From Hydrolagus affinis (lineage: Eukaryota): a stretch of DNA of 64,000 nt. A program made the translations under genes and the position numbers. The stretch lies in NCBI GenBank assembly GCA_012026655.1, contig JAAILG010000675.1, positions 1-64,000 of the forward strand, read 5' to 3'. Below the pieces are notes generated by a model. It was not told the origin of the DNA, ran no database searches, and worked only from the letters and a program-made list of their open reading frames with translations. Shown one piece after another: positions 14,467 through 26,734 of the stretch. The stretch's first letter is position 1, and each line of letters starts with the position of its first letter.

Positions 14467-14697
14467 TATAGTGACTGTGTTTTGTGGGTGATACGCGGCA
14501 GCTAATCGTTCGCAGCAGTGTCCTACAAACAGCAGTGGATTGAGTGACTAAATTATTTTTTTAATGGGATTATTACCGCTGGAAAGCGATTTACTGCTAG
14601 GTAAACAGAGGCGTGTGTGTGGAGGGAGTACAGCAACTTGCCTAAGGTTTCGCCCCTCTTGAGGCAAGTGCTCTAACCAATACACTACATAGGACTC
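14467..14697 (-). mobile_element. tRNA/Deu SINE, long variant
   Basis: Contains the extra CCTCTGTTTACCTAGCAGTAAA block that most copies lack. Confidence 0.75.
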
Positions 14698-14837
14698 TAT
14701 ATAGCTCTCTATAAGACTCTATAAGCTTCTCACTCCTCAAATAACTACTTTCATCATTGTTAACGTATAATAAGCAATTCAACTTTTATATTTAACATAT
14801 TCTTAACTACAGATTTCCATATAATGAACCTTTTGCT

Positions 14838-15076
14838 ATGGAAAGCGACTCTCTCGAAGGATTTCATGAAGTGAACTTAGCTTCACCTTCCTCTCCGGAT
14901 TTCATTGTTCTGTCACAGTTGGAGGCCACAGAAACCGAAGGGCTACCATACCAACCTTTTTCACTGGTGAGCTCAACTCCAGTCCAACCCAGTGCACTGA
15001 ATGCTATAGATCTTCCAACACAACCAATTTATTCATCCCCTAAACATCTCACCAGTGGAGAGTTTAGAGGTGTCAG
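14838..15076 (+). CDS. RAB3IP: RAB3IP exon 2, first coding exon (exon starts 14813)
   Basis: MESDSLEGFHEVNLASPSSPD...LPTQPIYSSP matches the Rabin8 N-terminus. Acceptor TACAG|14813, strong Kozak GCTATGG, donor AG|GTATGA, phase 2. Confidence 0.95.
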
Positions 15077-15463
15077 GTATGATTGTCTTGCGAGTTTGAT
15101 TATTAACTGGTATTTGAGCATTATTATGATATTGAATTACATTTAATCCAGAGTATTATAACTTGGATGTTATTGTGATGCACATGTATTGAAATAGTAC
15201 AATCTTAAAAAACTATTGGATCTGCACATCAACAGAAATTATACCATAGTACACTATTTGTCTTATCAAGCTTTCTGAACAGGTGCCTAGATGATTTTAA
15301 TATGCCTAGTAGTTCTCTAGGTTGCTGACAGTTTTGCATAACTTCAATGAAAATATTGTCCCTTTTCTCCAATATTTATCAAGGCAATGCCGCTTTCAAC
15401 TAACTTGATATTGTAATCTAGTAACGGTACAATCAGTTCTTAAATTAATTTGTAACCTTAGTA

Positions 15464-16199
15464 CAGTAAAAGCCCATTTATACAGCACCTGGGGACGTGG
15501 CCATTGCCGGTTAAAACGCCTGCCGGATATTCAGGCGGTTTACGGCCGAAAATCCACCACAAAAAAATTTAAGTTCTTATAATACACACCATACACACCA
15601 GACTAAATAGTAACAAATAATAGCAGAATATTGTATTGGTACTTATTGTTAAAACTACTCTCTTGCGCTTCTCACCTTTACTGGTTTATAGTCCATCGAT
15701 TCTTTTTGCAATGGAGGATCCCGTGCCAGTGAAAAAAACGTCAGGGCGACTTTACTAGTGGCAAGTCGATAACCCTAGATTCCACTAGTGGCACACCGAT
15801 AACCCTAGACTCTACTAGCGGCAAACTGAAATACTGTATCTGAGCGACAATGTGGGTTATCGGCTTGCCGCTAATATGGTGTTAAAGTTGCGCTGCCGTT
15901 TTTTTCACCCACTTGGCGTCCTCCATTTTAAAAAGAATCCCTGTACTATGAACCTTAACCGCAGCATCATGGCTTCAAGCGCAGCATCTACCAGTAAAGG
16001 TGAGAAGTGCAAGAGAGTGGTTTTAACAATAAGTACCAATACAATTTTCTGTTATTATCTGTTATTATTTATGAATTTACAAATGCTCCACTGCTATTGT
16101 TCCGGATACGTTCCGGTTTATCGAATGGAGACTTTTTTTGGTGTGCCGGTTATACGGAACTGCCGGTTCATCGAGTCACTGATAAACGGGCTTCTACTG
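15464..16199. mobile_element. Tc1/mariner (Tigger/pogo-like) MITE
   Basis: TA|CAGTAAAAGCCCATTTAT ... ATAAACGGGCTTCTACTG|TA, with long internal inverted arms. Confidence 0.85.
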
Positions 16200-16282
16200 T
16201 ATTTAATTGAAATCCAACGACATTGTCCTATGTAATCCAGGTTTTGGTGCATGATTCCTTTTCACTAAAGTTAACTAAAAAC

Positions 16283-16580
16283 TCCTTGCATCTGATATAG
16301 TCTTCTAGATGTTTCAAAGCACTTCACAGAATGTAGTGCAAAGCAAATTGACCGTATTTGTCAGCGAAATGTGGCAACCAATTGGGCACAGCAGTGTCCC
16401 ACAAACAGTCGTGGATTGAAGTGATTTTATTTATTGTTAATGTTAATGATTTTTACTAGGCATGTGGAGTAAGGAAATTTGCCCAAGGTTTCGTCCTACT
16501 GGAAATCAAACCCAGTTCTCTCACTCTCTCACATTAATGTTCTATCTTAACGTCCTAACCACTGAGCTACATGGATTCCA
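16283..16580 (-). mobile_element. tRNA/Deu SINE
   Basis: Matches the family consensus. Confidence 0.8.
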
Positions 16581-16813
16581 CGGCTACAGGGATTCCACAA
16601 GGCAGAGAGAGAAGCAAAGGATGATTTGTAGTAGAAAGCAGCAAGTGGAATCCACATTAATGGATTCATCTTAATGCCCTAACCACTGATCTAAGGGAAT
16701 GCACAAAGTTTTACTCAAAACGTTATTCAAACGTCACTAAATATAAGTTCAATATACTGGTGTCAAAAGTTAATCTGATCTCTTGAAATAGTTCCTCTTT
16801 TTGTTCATAATAG

Positions 16814-17084
16814 TGTGAATGACTCCGACAATCAATTGCCAATATCATTTACAAAATCTGGAGCTCAGCATGACCCAGCAAAAGAGGACAAATCAAGTGA
16901 GAACATTAACCATCGGGCAGAGGTGGAATTTTTACAAGGTGTAGCAAATGAAGTTCAGGAAGGATCAGAAGATGACCTTGGACGAAGTACAGACAGTCTT
17001 TCTCATTTGAAGAGCCCATTTGTACAGGAAGTAAGAGAGAAGGGCTATGAAAGGTTAAAGGAAGAACTTGCTAAGGCTCAGAGG
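16814..17084 (+). CDS. RAB3IP: RAB3IP exon 3
   Basis: ...[30 protein letters not shown]. Acceptor AATAG, donor AGG|GTAAGT, phases consistent. Confidence 0.95.
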
Positions 17085-18268
17085 GTAAGTACAGTACATA
17101 TTTGCATATATCAGGATAGTCAAGTATTTTGTTAAGGTATACTCTATGTAAGGTTCATATAAAATCATTCTATAAGGAACTATATATACATGTAAGGAGT
17201 AAACGTTTTAACAGATATGGATAAAGCAATGGAAAGTAGTTTTTAAAAAAAGACGGAAAAACAGATGGTAATGGCACCGATATGATGTACTGAATCAAAA
17301 TTTACCATTTAAAGATTTTTTTGTGACCGGTTAAAGTGTTGATGAAGACTGAATACGTTGGTCTTAGTATGTAAAAAAAAAATTTTGTATGTAAAGCAAA
17401 TGAGAATTTAATTACTTGATTTCCTCTTCTGTCCTCTTTTCTCCTATCCTCTGTCTCCATAAATTATTGCTACTTAATGCTTGCTAGTATTGGTACAGTG
17501 TAGCTTATATTGATATTATGTACATAGGTGACTTTGTCTCCCTCTGATCACCGCGCAACCCCCCGCGCCCCCGCCCCCCATGCTCTCTTGCTCCTTCAAG
17601 AGGATAAGCTATTATAACCAAAACTGTGATTTAATTCATGCAATCACAAATTGTCTACTGTGGTTGATTGTTTATATATATCCACCATTGTACAAACTCC
17701 TCTTTTGCCTTAGTAAAACACCTGTTCACATTTCCAAAAACTGTGGGAAAAAAATTAAATGGCACCGAACAGTGAAAAATGGATGGGAGAACCAACCATA
17801 TAATTGAAAGATATAGCACGCACGGCTAATTTCATTAACTGGTGAGAACAACTCGAGGCACTCCTGACAAAGTCATGAGTCATTCACCTTCCTTTCAGTT
17901 GTAATTTCAGGCCAATTATACAGCAACAGATGTGGTATTGCATATATATTCTTCTGAGACAAATGTAAAGTTCGGTTCAATATTATGAAATGGCAATATT
18001 ATTTTACAGCAGTGCTTTGTTCCAACAATGCTCAAGGTTGGCGGTCCAAAATAATTTTTTTGTCACTGCTTACATTGAATCTAATTTATATTTCCAACAT
18101 AATAAATGGTTGCATCAAATGTAAGGATGATTATTGTTACATGGAATGATATAACACAGATACAGGCCATTTACTTCATGATTCCTGCTGTACAGTATTG
18201 TTGAGACAATGGCTTTACTTTATCAATATAACTTGATATAGCAGGCTATATTGCATTACTTTTTTACT

Positions 18269-19065
18269 AATAATGATAATAATCTTTGCATTTGATATAA
18301 CGCTTTTCATATCTTCTACACGTCTCAAAGTGCTTCACAGAATATACTGTAAAGTGAATTGACTGTATATATGTGGGCAAACCCAGCAGCTAATTGCGCA
18401 CATCAGTGTCTCACAAACGGTCGTGGATTGAATTGACCAATTAAAAAAAATTGGGGAGGGATTATTATTAGGCATTACTTTTAATGTTTGGAACATAGTA
18501 ACAGGAGTAGGCCATTCAGCCCTTCAAGCTAGTTCCCCCATTTAATTAGTTCATGGCTGATCTGTACCTCTACTAATCCTTTCAATTCTAATTTCCCGCT
18601 TTCTCCCCATATCCCTTAATACCCTGACCTACCAAAAATTGATCAACCTCACTCTTGAAGGTGTGGATGGATCCATGACTTTTTGGGAGAGATAATTTCA
18701 GATTTCTACCACCCTTTGAGTGAAAAAATGCTTCCTGATTTCACTGTTAACTGGGCTGGACAATTAATTTTAAGACTATATCCCCTTGATTTGGATTCCC
18801 CCACCAGAGGAAATAGCTTCTCTCTATTTACCCTGTCAAATCCCTTTATCATCTTAAATACCTCAGTCAAATTACCCCTCAACCTTCTAAACTGAAGTGA
18901 ATATAATCCACGTTTATGCAGCCTTGCCTCGAACTTAATTTAGGCCTAGTAACATTGTGGTGAACCTGAGCTCCACACCTTGCAGAGCCAATATATCTTT
19001 CCTGAGGTATGTGGTGCCTAAAACTGAACACAGTACTTCAGATGGGGTTTGACTAACACTCTTTA
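18269..19065 (-). mobile_element. Partial SINE (18269-18474) plus CR1 LINE 3' fragment (about 18490-19065)
   Basis: SINE tail and core, then ACAGGAGTAGGCCATTCAGCCC..., the typical antisense reading of a chondrichthyan CR1 3' end. Confidence 0.7.
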
Positions 19066-19596
19066 GCTGAAGGATCATTTCTTGCCCATTGAAATGGCAT
19101 CTTATTCTTTGAGATCAACTTTAATTTAGAACATGTGTTCCTAATAGCCTTACCATAGCTTTTCAAGCAGTTATGGTAAACATATTTATGTAAGTAATCT
19201 GTTGAAAACTCAATTTTACAGTAGTGTACAATCAGGAGGCTGAGGAGGTTTTCAAACACATTTTGTATGTGATTGTCAGAAAATTGAATACATTACCCAG
19301 GAAGGAAGAATAATGTCAACAAGTTCACGAGGGAATTTTATATCAATTTGGTAACATTCATTTGAAGGGTATAAGTGATTGATTAGTGTAAGATTGTTTT
19401 CCTTTGGGACTAGTCATCTTGACCATAATAATCTTGTCCAGTCTTGTGTTGCAATGCAAACATTGTGATTTTTAAGTTTTAGTCAAACAAAGATTCAAAT
19501 AAAGCTGCAAAATGTCTGATTGCTCAAGGGTGTGAATACTAGATCAATATAAATTGCATAATATTTTTGGTATAATCCAGTTATCTTTCACTGCAG

Positions 19597-19692
19597 GAAC
19601 TGAAATTAAAAGATGAAGAATGTGAGCGATTGTCCAAAGTAAGGGACCAATTGGGCCAAGAACTGGAAGAACTTACAGCTAGTTTATTTGAG
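19597..19692 (+). CDS. RAB3IP: RAB3IP exon 4 (Sec2 GEF coiled coil)
   Basis: [32 protein letters not shown], the Sec2 signature. 96 nt, phase 0/0. Confidence 0.97.
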
Positions 19693-20596
19693 GTTTGTAT
19701 TTTGCAAGTAGAAATCGTACAGTAGTCTTGGCCATATTGGATACAACTGCTGTTGAACAACAACAAAACAAAATTTCATTTGTATAGAGTATTTCACATC
19801 AGGAGGAAGCCCCAAAACACTTCAAAGATTTAATTTAGTGATTCAATATTTCCATTTGCAATATTTCACATTATAAATGCTTTGAACTGGAAGACAAACA
19901 TTAGTTGAAAAAGTTTGTCTTCCAAAGTCTCACATTTTTAATAGATTAAATAAATATTGTTTAATTCTCTTAATTGCTGTTTATAAGTAACATTGATCTT
20001 ATGACACCTGTTCCTTTTAGTAATGGTGCTAGGAATGAGTGGTGAAATATCAAAAGGAAGAAAATGATAAGCATGTTTGTTTGCGTCTGAGTGTGTTCTG
20101 TATATGTGTGTGTGTGAATTAAGTGAAAATCATCACTTTACGTTTCTGTTGTTGAACTTACTAGCAATCCTGGGACTGCCCTAGTTCTGTTTTGCCTGGT
20201 GGGAATTTTGTTTGAAAGTGTACTTTTGCCACATCATATTTTACCCTAGTATTGGTTACCATATTTTCTTATTACTGTTTGTTTAGTCTTTCCAGACACC
20301 ATTTAAAAAAAAGTGTTGTTTTCACTACATTTAGTAGTGATATCTATATATATATATATCTAAATATATATATAAATGTAAAATGTCTTGAATCCTGACA
20401 TTTTTGTAACTATACAGGAAATGTTTTGCTGTACATCATAAAGGAACTGAAATAATGCACTTTAATTTTACTTTTGTGGTGTAACTTTATCCCCATTTTA
20501 AACAAACTATACTAAATTCTCCAAAATACAAAGCTTTAAACATGACTGAATAACATTGATTTAAGAACTCCTCAGATTGTGTCCTTACTTTTTAAG

Positions 20597-20674
20597 GAAG
20601 CTCATAGAATGGTACGAGAAGCAAATGTCAAGCAAGCTGCAGCAGAGAAACAGTTAAAAGAAGCACAAGGCAAG
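20597..20674 (+). CDS. RAB3IP: RAB3IP exon 5 (Sec2 domain)
   Basis: [30 protein letters not shown] boundaries, 78 nt. Confidence 0.97.
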
Positions 20675-21115
20675 GTAATTACTTTTTTTTTAAAAAGTAT
20701 GTATTAAAAGTGAAACAAATCTGATACACTACAAAGTTTATTAAATTGAATAACTAACTGCTAATGTATCATATTTTCAGGTTCACTGCTTTGAATTGAA
20801 GTATGAGAAGTATAATGGAATCACTTTCAATAGTTTGTTATTATTTGTAGAATTCAGGATCTAAATTTTATTTTAAAATTCTATTGAAATTATAATTCTG
20901 AGTATAATAATTATGGTTTCATAATTTTTCAATGTGCGGTGGTTAATACGGTCTAATGTAGTTTGACGGCTTCAATTTTGAGATGCTTTGGTTGAATACA
21001 AATATTAACAAAATATGTCCTCAGAATCTGGCATTCGGGGTGCAAAAGAAAAGTCAAGAGTTGATATTCCTTGCTTAGATGTAAGGCATTTTCATTGTGC
21101 AGAGGTGACCTCAGT

Positions 21116-21453
21116 TATAATAATAATAATCCTTGCATTTGATATAGCGCTTTTCACATCTTATCGACGTCCCAAAGTGCTTCACAGAATATACTGTAAA
21201 GTGAATTGACTGTATATTTGTGGGCGAATCGCGGCAGCCAATTGCGCACAGCAGTGTCCCACAAACAGTCGTGGATTGAAATGACCAATTTTATTATTGT
21301 GGTTTTTTTTGGACGGATTATTATTAGGCGTGTGGAGTAAAGAAACTTGCCCAAGGTTTCGCCGTGACCTGCCTGGATTCGAACACAGGTCTCCCAGCTT
21401 GGTCTCCCCAGCTTGCAAGACAAGTGCTCTAACCTCTAAGCCACATGAGCTCC
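21116..21453 (-). mobile_element. tRNA/Deu SINE, full length and young
   Basis: Near-consensus with CpGs retained. Internal 13-bp duplication GGTCTCCCAGCTT in the head. Confidence 0.9.
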
Positions 21454-21722
21454 AGTTTCAGTTGTTCTGAACTTAACCTGGACTGGAAATGCAGAAATTC
21501 TGTTTGGATGAAAATTATTTTTCCTGATCTTGGTTTAAATATGTAAAGAGACACATTTTTTTGCTCTTTATTTAATCGCAGTTTAATTTGTTTATTGCAT
21601 AAATTTATTGTCAGCTTGGCTCAGCTGGTAGCATTCTCTGGGACAGAAAATTCCAATCCAATATCAGGGGCATTGAACTTACTGGTCTCGTCTGTCACGG
21701 GATTTCTGTCCTGCAGATAAAC

Positions 21723-22021
21723 AATAATCCTTGCATTTGATATAGCGCTTTTTGCATCATCTAGACGTCTCAAAAGTGCTTCGCAGAATATATTGTGAAG
21801 TGAATTGACTGTATATCTATGCAAGCTATTTGGGCACAGCTAGCTGGGTCCCACAAACAGTCATGGATTGAAGTGACCAATTTATTATTGTTTTGTTTTT
21901 TGTGAGGGATTATTATCAGGCGTGTGGAGTAAGGAAACTTGCCCATGGTTTTGTCCTGCTGGGAATTGAACCAGGTCTTTGGCTTGCGAGGCGAGCAATC
22001 AAACCATTGAGCTACAGGACT
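21723..22021 (-). mobile_element. tRNA/Deu SINE, full length
   Basis: Matches the family consensus. Confidence 0.85.
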
Positions 22022-22381
22022 TAGATAAGACCTTAAACAGAGGTTTTGCCTGTCTGTTCGGGTGGACCTTGATCCATGACACTATTTGGAAAATATTTTT
22101 TCCTAATGTCCAATGCCAAGAATTTTTTAGTTAAAATTGATCATTCACAAATTGTTTGCTGGGTTCATTTATAAACAGTCGGTATATTTAACAGTAATTA
22201 TCATAAAGTAGTTTGAAGTATTTTGACTTAATAAGGCATTATATCAAATTCTTATTTATTATGTATTATATCCGATTCTTATAAATGGACTTCAATGGTA
22301 ATGCCCACTGTATTCTGTGAAGCGCTTTGAGACGTCTAGAAGATGTGAAAAGCTCTATATCAAATGCAAGAATTATTATTA

Positions 22382-22870
22382 CAGTAAAATCTTTGTTATC
22401 CGGCACCCTTGGGAACCTGCCTGGTGCCGGTTAATCAAATATGCCGGATATTTGAGCGGCAAGTTGCTGAAAATCCGACACCAAAATTAACTTATTTTAA
22501 AACATACCATATTAATAATAGACTTAATAATAACAGAATATTGTATGGATACTTACCAATAAAGCATTCCAGCACACTTGGTAAAATGATCTGTAAAGTA
22601 AAAATTCCAGTGTTCGGTAGGTTTAACAAGTGAAACATGCTTTTAAAAAAAAAAGACTGAAAGTGAACTTTCAAAAGTAAGTACAGTAAAAGCTTTGTTA
22701 TCCGGTATGCTCGGGACTGACCCGTGCCGGTTAATCAAAGTGAGCATACCGGGAGTGTGCCGGATGGCTCCGGTATGAGATCCAGTTGCTAGAATGGTGA
22801 ATTGTATTGGGAGATACCGGTTGATTGAGCGTCCCGGTTGGTTGGGTGCCGGATAACCAAGCATTTACTG
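22382..22870. mobile_element. Compound Tigger-like MITE (two left TIRs, one right TIR)
   Basis: TA-CAGTAAAA...TTATCCGG at 22382 and 22684; CCGGATAACCAAGCATTTACTG-TA ending at 22870. Confidence 0.8.
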
Positions 22871-22910
22871 TATTAATGTTGTACCATATTTTTCTGCATT
22901 TCCTTAAAAG

Positions 22911-23108
22911 ATTGATGTACTGCAAGCTGAAGTGGCAGCTTTGAAAACTCTGGTCCAATCATCACCAACTTCTCCTTCCAAGGATCTCCAGCCCAGTGTA
23001 AAAATTCCTTTTAAAAAAGGACATGGCCGAAATAAAAGTACAAGTGCTATGCTCAGCACCAGTCAAGAACTGAATGTGATGCAACCTATTGTAAGGGATT
23101 GCAAGGAG
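22911..23108 (+). CDS. RAB3IP: RAB3IP exon 6
   Basis: [22 protein letters not shown]...[11 protein letters not shown]...RDCKE. Contains the HxRxxS NDR-kinase motif (23022-23039). 198 nt. Confidence 0.96.
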
Positions 23109-23876
23109 GTGGGTTTTTAATATTGGGTCTGTTAGTTACTAAACCTGTTTAAAAGTTGGAATAATTTACATTATTTTCTGAGGGAGGGGGTGACGAGGAA
23201 TAGTGCGGTGGGCCCTTGGTTTTAGACAAGATTTCTGTTGCATTTCAACACATCAAATTACACAAAATTGTTAAAACCATTAGTGAAACCTGATTGCAAT
23301 AAGCAATTGTTTAAGCTTTTAACAATGCTGAGATTATTTTAGATGGGAACTTATTTTCTGGAAGTATTATAGATTGCTTATTTCTTTATTTATGCATTTT
23401 TTAAAATACTAGTCAGATGTAGAATGTTAGTAGAATTTTTGTGTATAATTCATTTTTGCATAAAATTGTGAAATTCATGTAGCAATATGAATAGGATACA
23501 ATTTTTAAGATGTATAGCATCCTCTTTCTGTCCCCCTCTGACCTGGAGTTTTAAAGCATAAAGCAATGAATCTAATGAAATAAAATGTCTCCCTTTATAT
23601 TTACTATGATATCTTCTTGAAAAATAAGATGAACATTCTTTCCCCTTAAGCCAGATCTGAGAAGAAGAGGTATTGAATGTTCATTCAAAGTTCAGTTAAA
23701 TGTTTGTCCATTACTTAAAATAACATAAAATATTTTGTAATGTATAGATATTGATTTATTTTTGGAATTGGTATTGACAATCTTTATAAACATCATTTGT
23801 TTCTAACACTTATTCAAAATTAGAAAACGTAAAGCGCAACCTTTTCAAATAAATAACCTTGTAAATATTTCTAAAG

Positions 23877-24005
23877 GTTGATTCGCTTCTGTTTGGTGAA
23901 TTTAAAGTGTGGAAAGAAGAACCTGCAATGGATAGAGCCTGCTGTTTTTTAGATAGAATCTATAAAGAAGATATCTATCCTTGCTTAACATTTTCAAAAA
24001 GTGAG
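23877..24005 (+). CDS. RAB3IP: RAB3IP exon 7
   Basis: [43 protein letters not shown]. Donor GAG|GTAAGA. Confidence 0.97.
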
Positions 24006-25007
24006 GTAAGAATGGATGCTAATCAGTTATGTATTTTAGCATAGCCAAATAGGATAGAATATAGCAATCATGGAGCAATTTTGAATTGAATACAGTCAGT
24101 TATTGACTGGAAAGAGAAGGGTTGTTGAAAGATTAACATTCTTGCTTCTTGTCATAGGTACATATAATATTTTCTGCAACTAAGAAAGGTGGATGTAACA
24201 AGAAAGTCAGCACTGTGGGGCTTTCCTGTCTGGAGATTTCCATTTTCTGGGAAGCAGATGAGGAATTATTAGCATAAGGAACAATTGTAGTATTGTAACT
24301 CCCCTATCCCGACCCCATCTCGGGTCTGAAACATTGACTGTCCAGCATCTTCGGACGTCCTCCCGACATGAAAGGCGCTACATACATGTCATTTTGTTGT
24401 TGTTGTAGCATTATGAGAATTATCTAGAAAAATCCTTTTCCTATGTTATTAAAAATTCTACACCGCCTTTATACATGCAGCAGTATTCATTTTTGGCAAA
24501 ATTAACATAAAATAAATGAATAATGATTGATTCATCTGATATAATTCCTGTGAGAGCCATTCTAAGGTGGAGTTGAAGTAATGTGTTGCCACCTTGAAGG
24601 GGTGATAAATGGTTTCACACTTGATTTCTCTGTTTTTTCTGAAATTCAAAACTGCATGCCAGGGCATGAGCAACAATGTCCATGTAACACAATATTGAAT
24701 AAATAGCATCCTTTCACTGGACTATTCTGAATCTTGAAAGAAACTGAATGCAGTTTGTGTGAGGACTAACCTGGCCAAAACAATTGTTTATTTTTTGTTA
24801 CAAATGTTCACATATGATTGTATTAGCCTCTGAATATAGTACCAGTGTTCAGTATAAATGGTGAGAAATTATTTTCACAGCTTCACAATTTGGATGTATA
24901 TTGGGATTTTTATGAATGAGAACAAAATAATTGATTTGGTTATAATGTTCCATAATTATATTTATTGTCCAGAGGCGTTCTGAGAATTGTTTTTGATTTT
25001 TCTGTAG

Positions 25008-25120
25008 CTGGCTTCAACTATTCTAGAAGCTGTGGAAAGTAATACCCTAAGCATTGAACCCGTTGGTTTTCAGTCTCTTCCCGTTGTGAAAGCGTCTGCA
25101 GTGGAGTGCGGTGGACCCAA
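25008..25120 (+). CDS. RAB3IP: RAB3IP exon 8
   Basis: [37 protein letters not shown]. Donor AA|GTAAGT, phase 2. Confidence 0.97.
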
Positions 25121-26734
25121 GTAAGTTGAATGTGCTGCATTTGCATCATTCTAAAGCTCCCCAAAAGTTTAGCACACAGGAAATTGTTACATTCAAACTG
25201 TATTTGTTACAGTAAACTGAACATGTTCAAATATTTTGAACACAGGATGCTGGAACACATTTAAATAGCTAAATTGTTGAAATGATTTATAACAGTGTTG
25301 CATGTATTTCCCTTGTAGCGTTGTGTGTTTGAACAAACCCACAACGTAATTCATCAATACTGTGGGAAATATTTGAATAGTTTGCCCATATTAATACCTC
25401 TGAACATGTTTTAAGATCTGTTATTGCTTTGTCTATGGCTGTATATTGGAACTTTGCATTTAAATTCATCCTTGCTTATGGGTGAAATTAAATGCAAACC
25501 CCAGCAAAAATCTAAAGTTGAGCTGCTTCATTTTTAGCAAGGATTTTGGTAGGAGATGATTTGCTTTATCCATACTATTGATTTTGTTGGTTTAAAAAGA
25601 CTGGATAAGTAAGGATGTCTGAATAAATTGTCTAATCTTTATATTGTTGGTGAAGCCCAGGATGTCAAAGAATATCTTGATCAGTGCCCCATTACCATTT
25701 GAGGGGACAACAACAGTACAATACGAACACAATACAACTGAGGGGCTTTTGAGTATTTGACACAAATGATTGAGGGTATCAATTCAAATTCTTCTTTTAT
25801 TAACACAGAAATAGGAAACATTCTGAACCTCTACTGATTATACAGGGTCTTAAAATCAAACTCTAGACTTAATTTGACTTGGAAAGGTTTTATTTGCCAT
25901 GTTATTCATAATCTCTGTTGCAATTCTACTCTTTTTCAAAAAAATATTTTCACTTACTGCTTAATGCTGTTTCACAATCATATTTTAATAAGTACACTTT
26001 AAATGCTTTTCTCAGTTGCTCATATTGTAATTTTTTTTACCTAATCTTAAAATTCTTCATATGCCACTTTTCCATCCAATCGAACATCTGAATTGATGAG
26101 TAACCTGGTTGCATCCCAGATACAAGCACCTGAGTGGATTGATATGCATCCAAACGGGGAAGTGGTGTCCTGCAAATTTATACTTGTCTGCAGTTCCTGC
26201 AGTCTGTCAGCTCCCAGTGAGAAGATTAAAATTTGCGTCAGTTTTCAGTCATAGCCCATGCACTATTTGTCTTTGTTTGCTTTCCATATTATACTGTGAT
26301 TTTTTTGAAACAAGATGAAACCTCCTGTAGTCATAACAACCAATAATTTATTAGTTGAAATGTTTTCCTGGCTTCCAGAATAAGGAAGTTCAGTTTGTCT
26401 CTGTGCAGAGACATCTTAAGATATATTTTAGAACAGAAGAAAATAGAAATGGAAGTGTCATAAATTATAAAACCAGCCAGCTATACTTCACTGTTTAAAC
26501 CACCGTTTACATTAAATTGCCAAACAAGGGAGAGGAGTTCCAATGGCATCCAGTATAAAGTAGTTCTGTGTCCTAGGGTGAGTCAAGTTTAACACTTGAT
26601 GAGCAATCTTCTGATCATAGCATCACCTTTGCCACTATATGTAAGCAAAATTCAGATAAACCTATTTAAACCGAGGTTAGCACATTTATTAGTGATCAGT
26701 CACATTTAGGGCCAGGGTGTGGGGGGGTGGGGTA

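Noticed and set aside
15852-16235. 127-aa ORF
   Set aside because: Lies inside a MITE, has no transposase motifs and starts at GTG.
26109-26318. 69-codon Cys-rich ORF in RAB3IP intron 8 with a phase-2 CCCAG at 26119
   Set aside because: There is no polypyrimidine tract before the AG and no recognisable homology. It is much weaker than the 30941 candidate, and it shows that phase matches can occur by chance.
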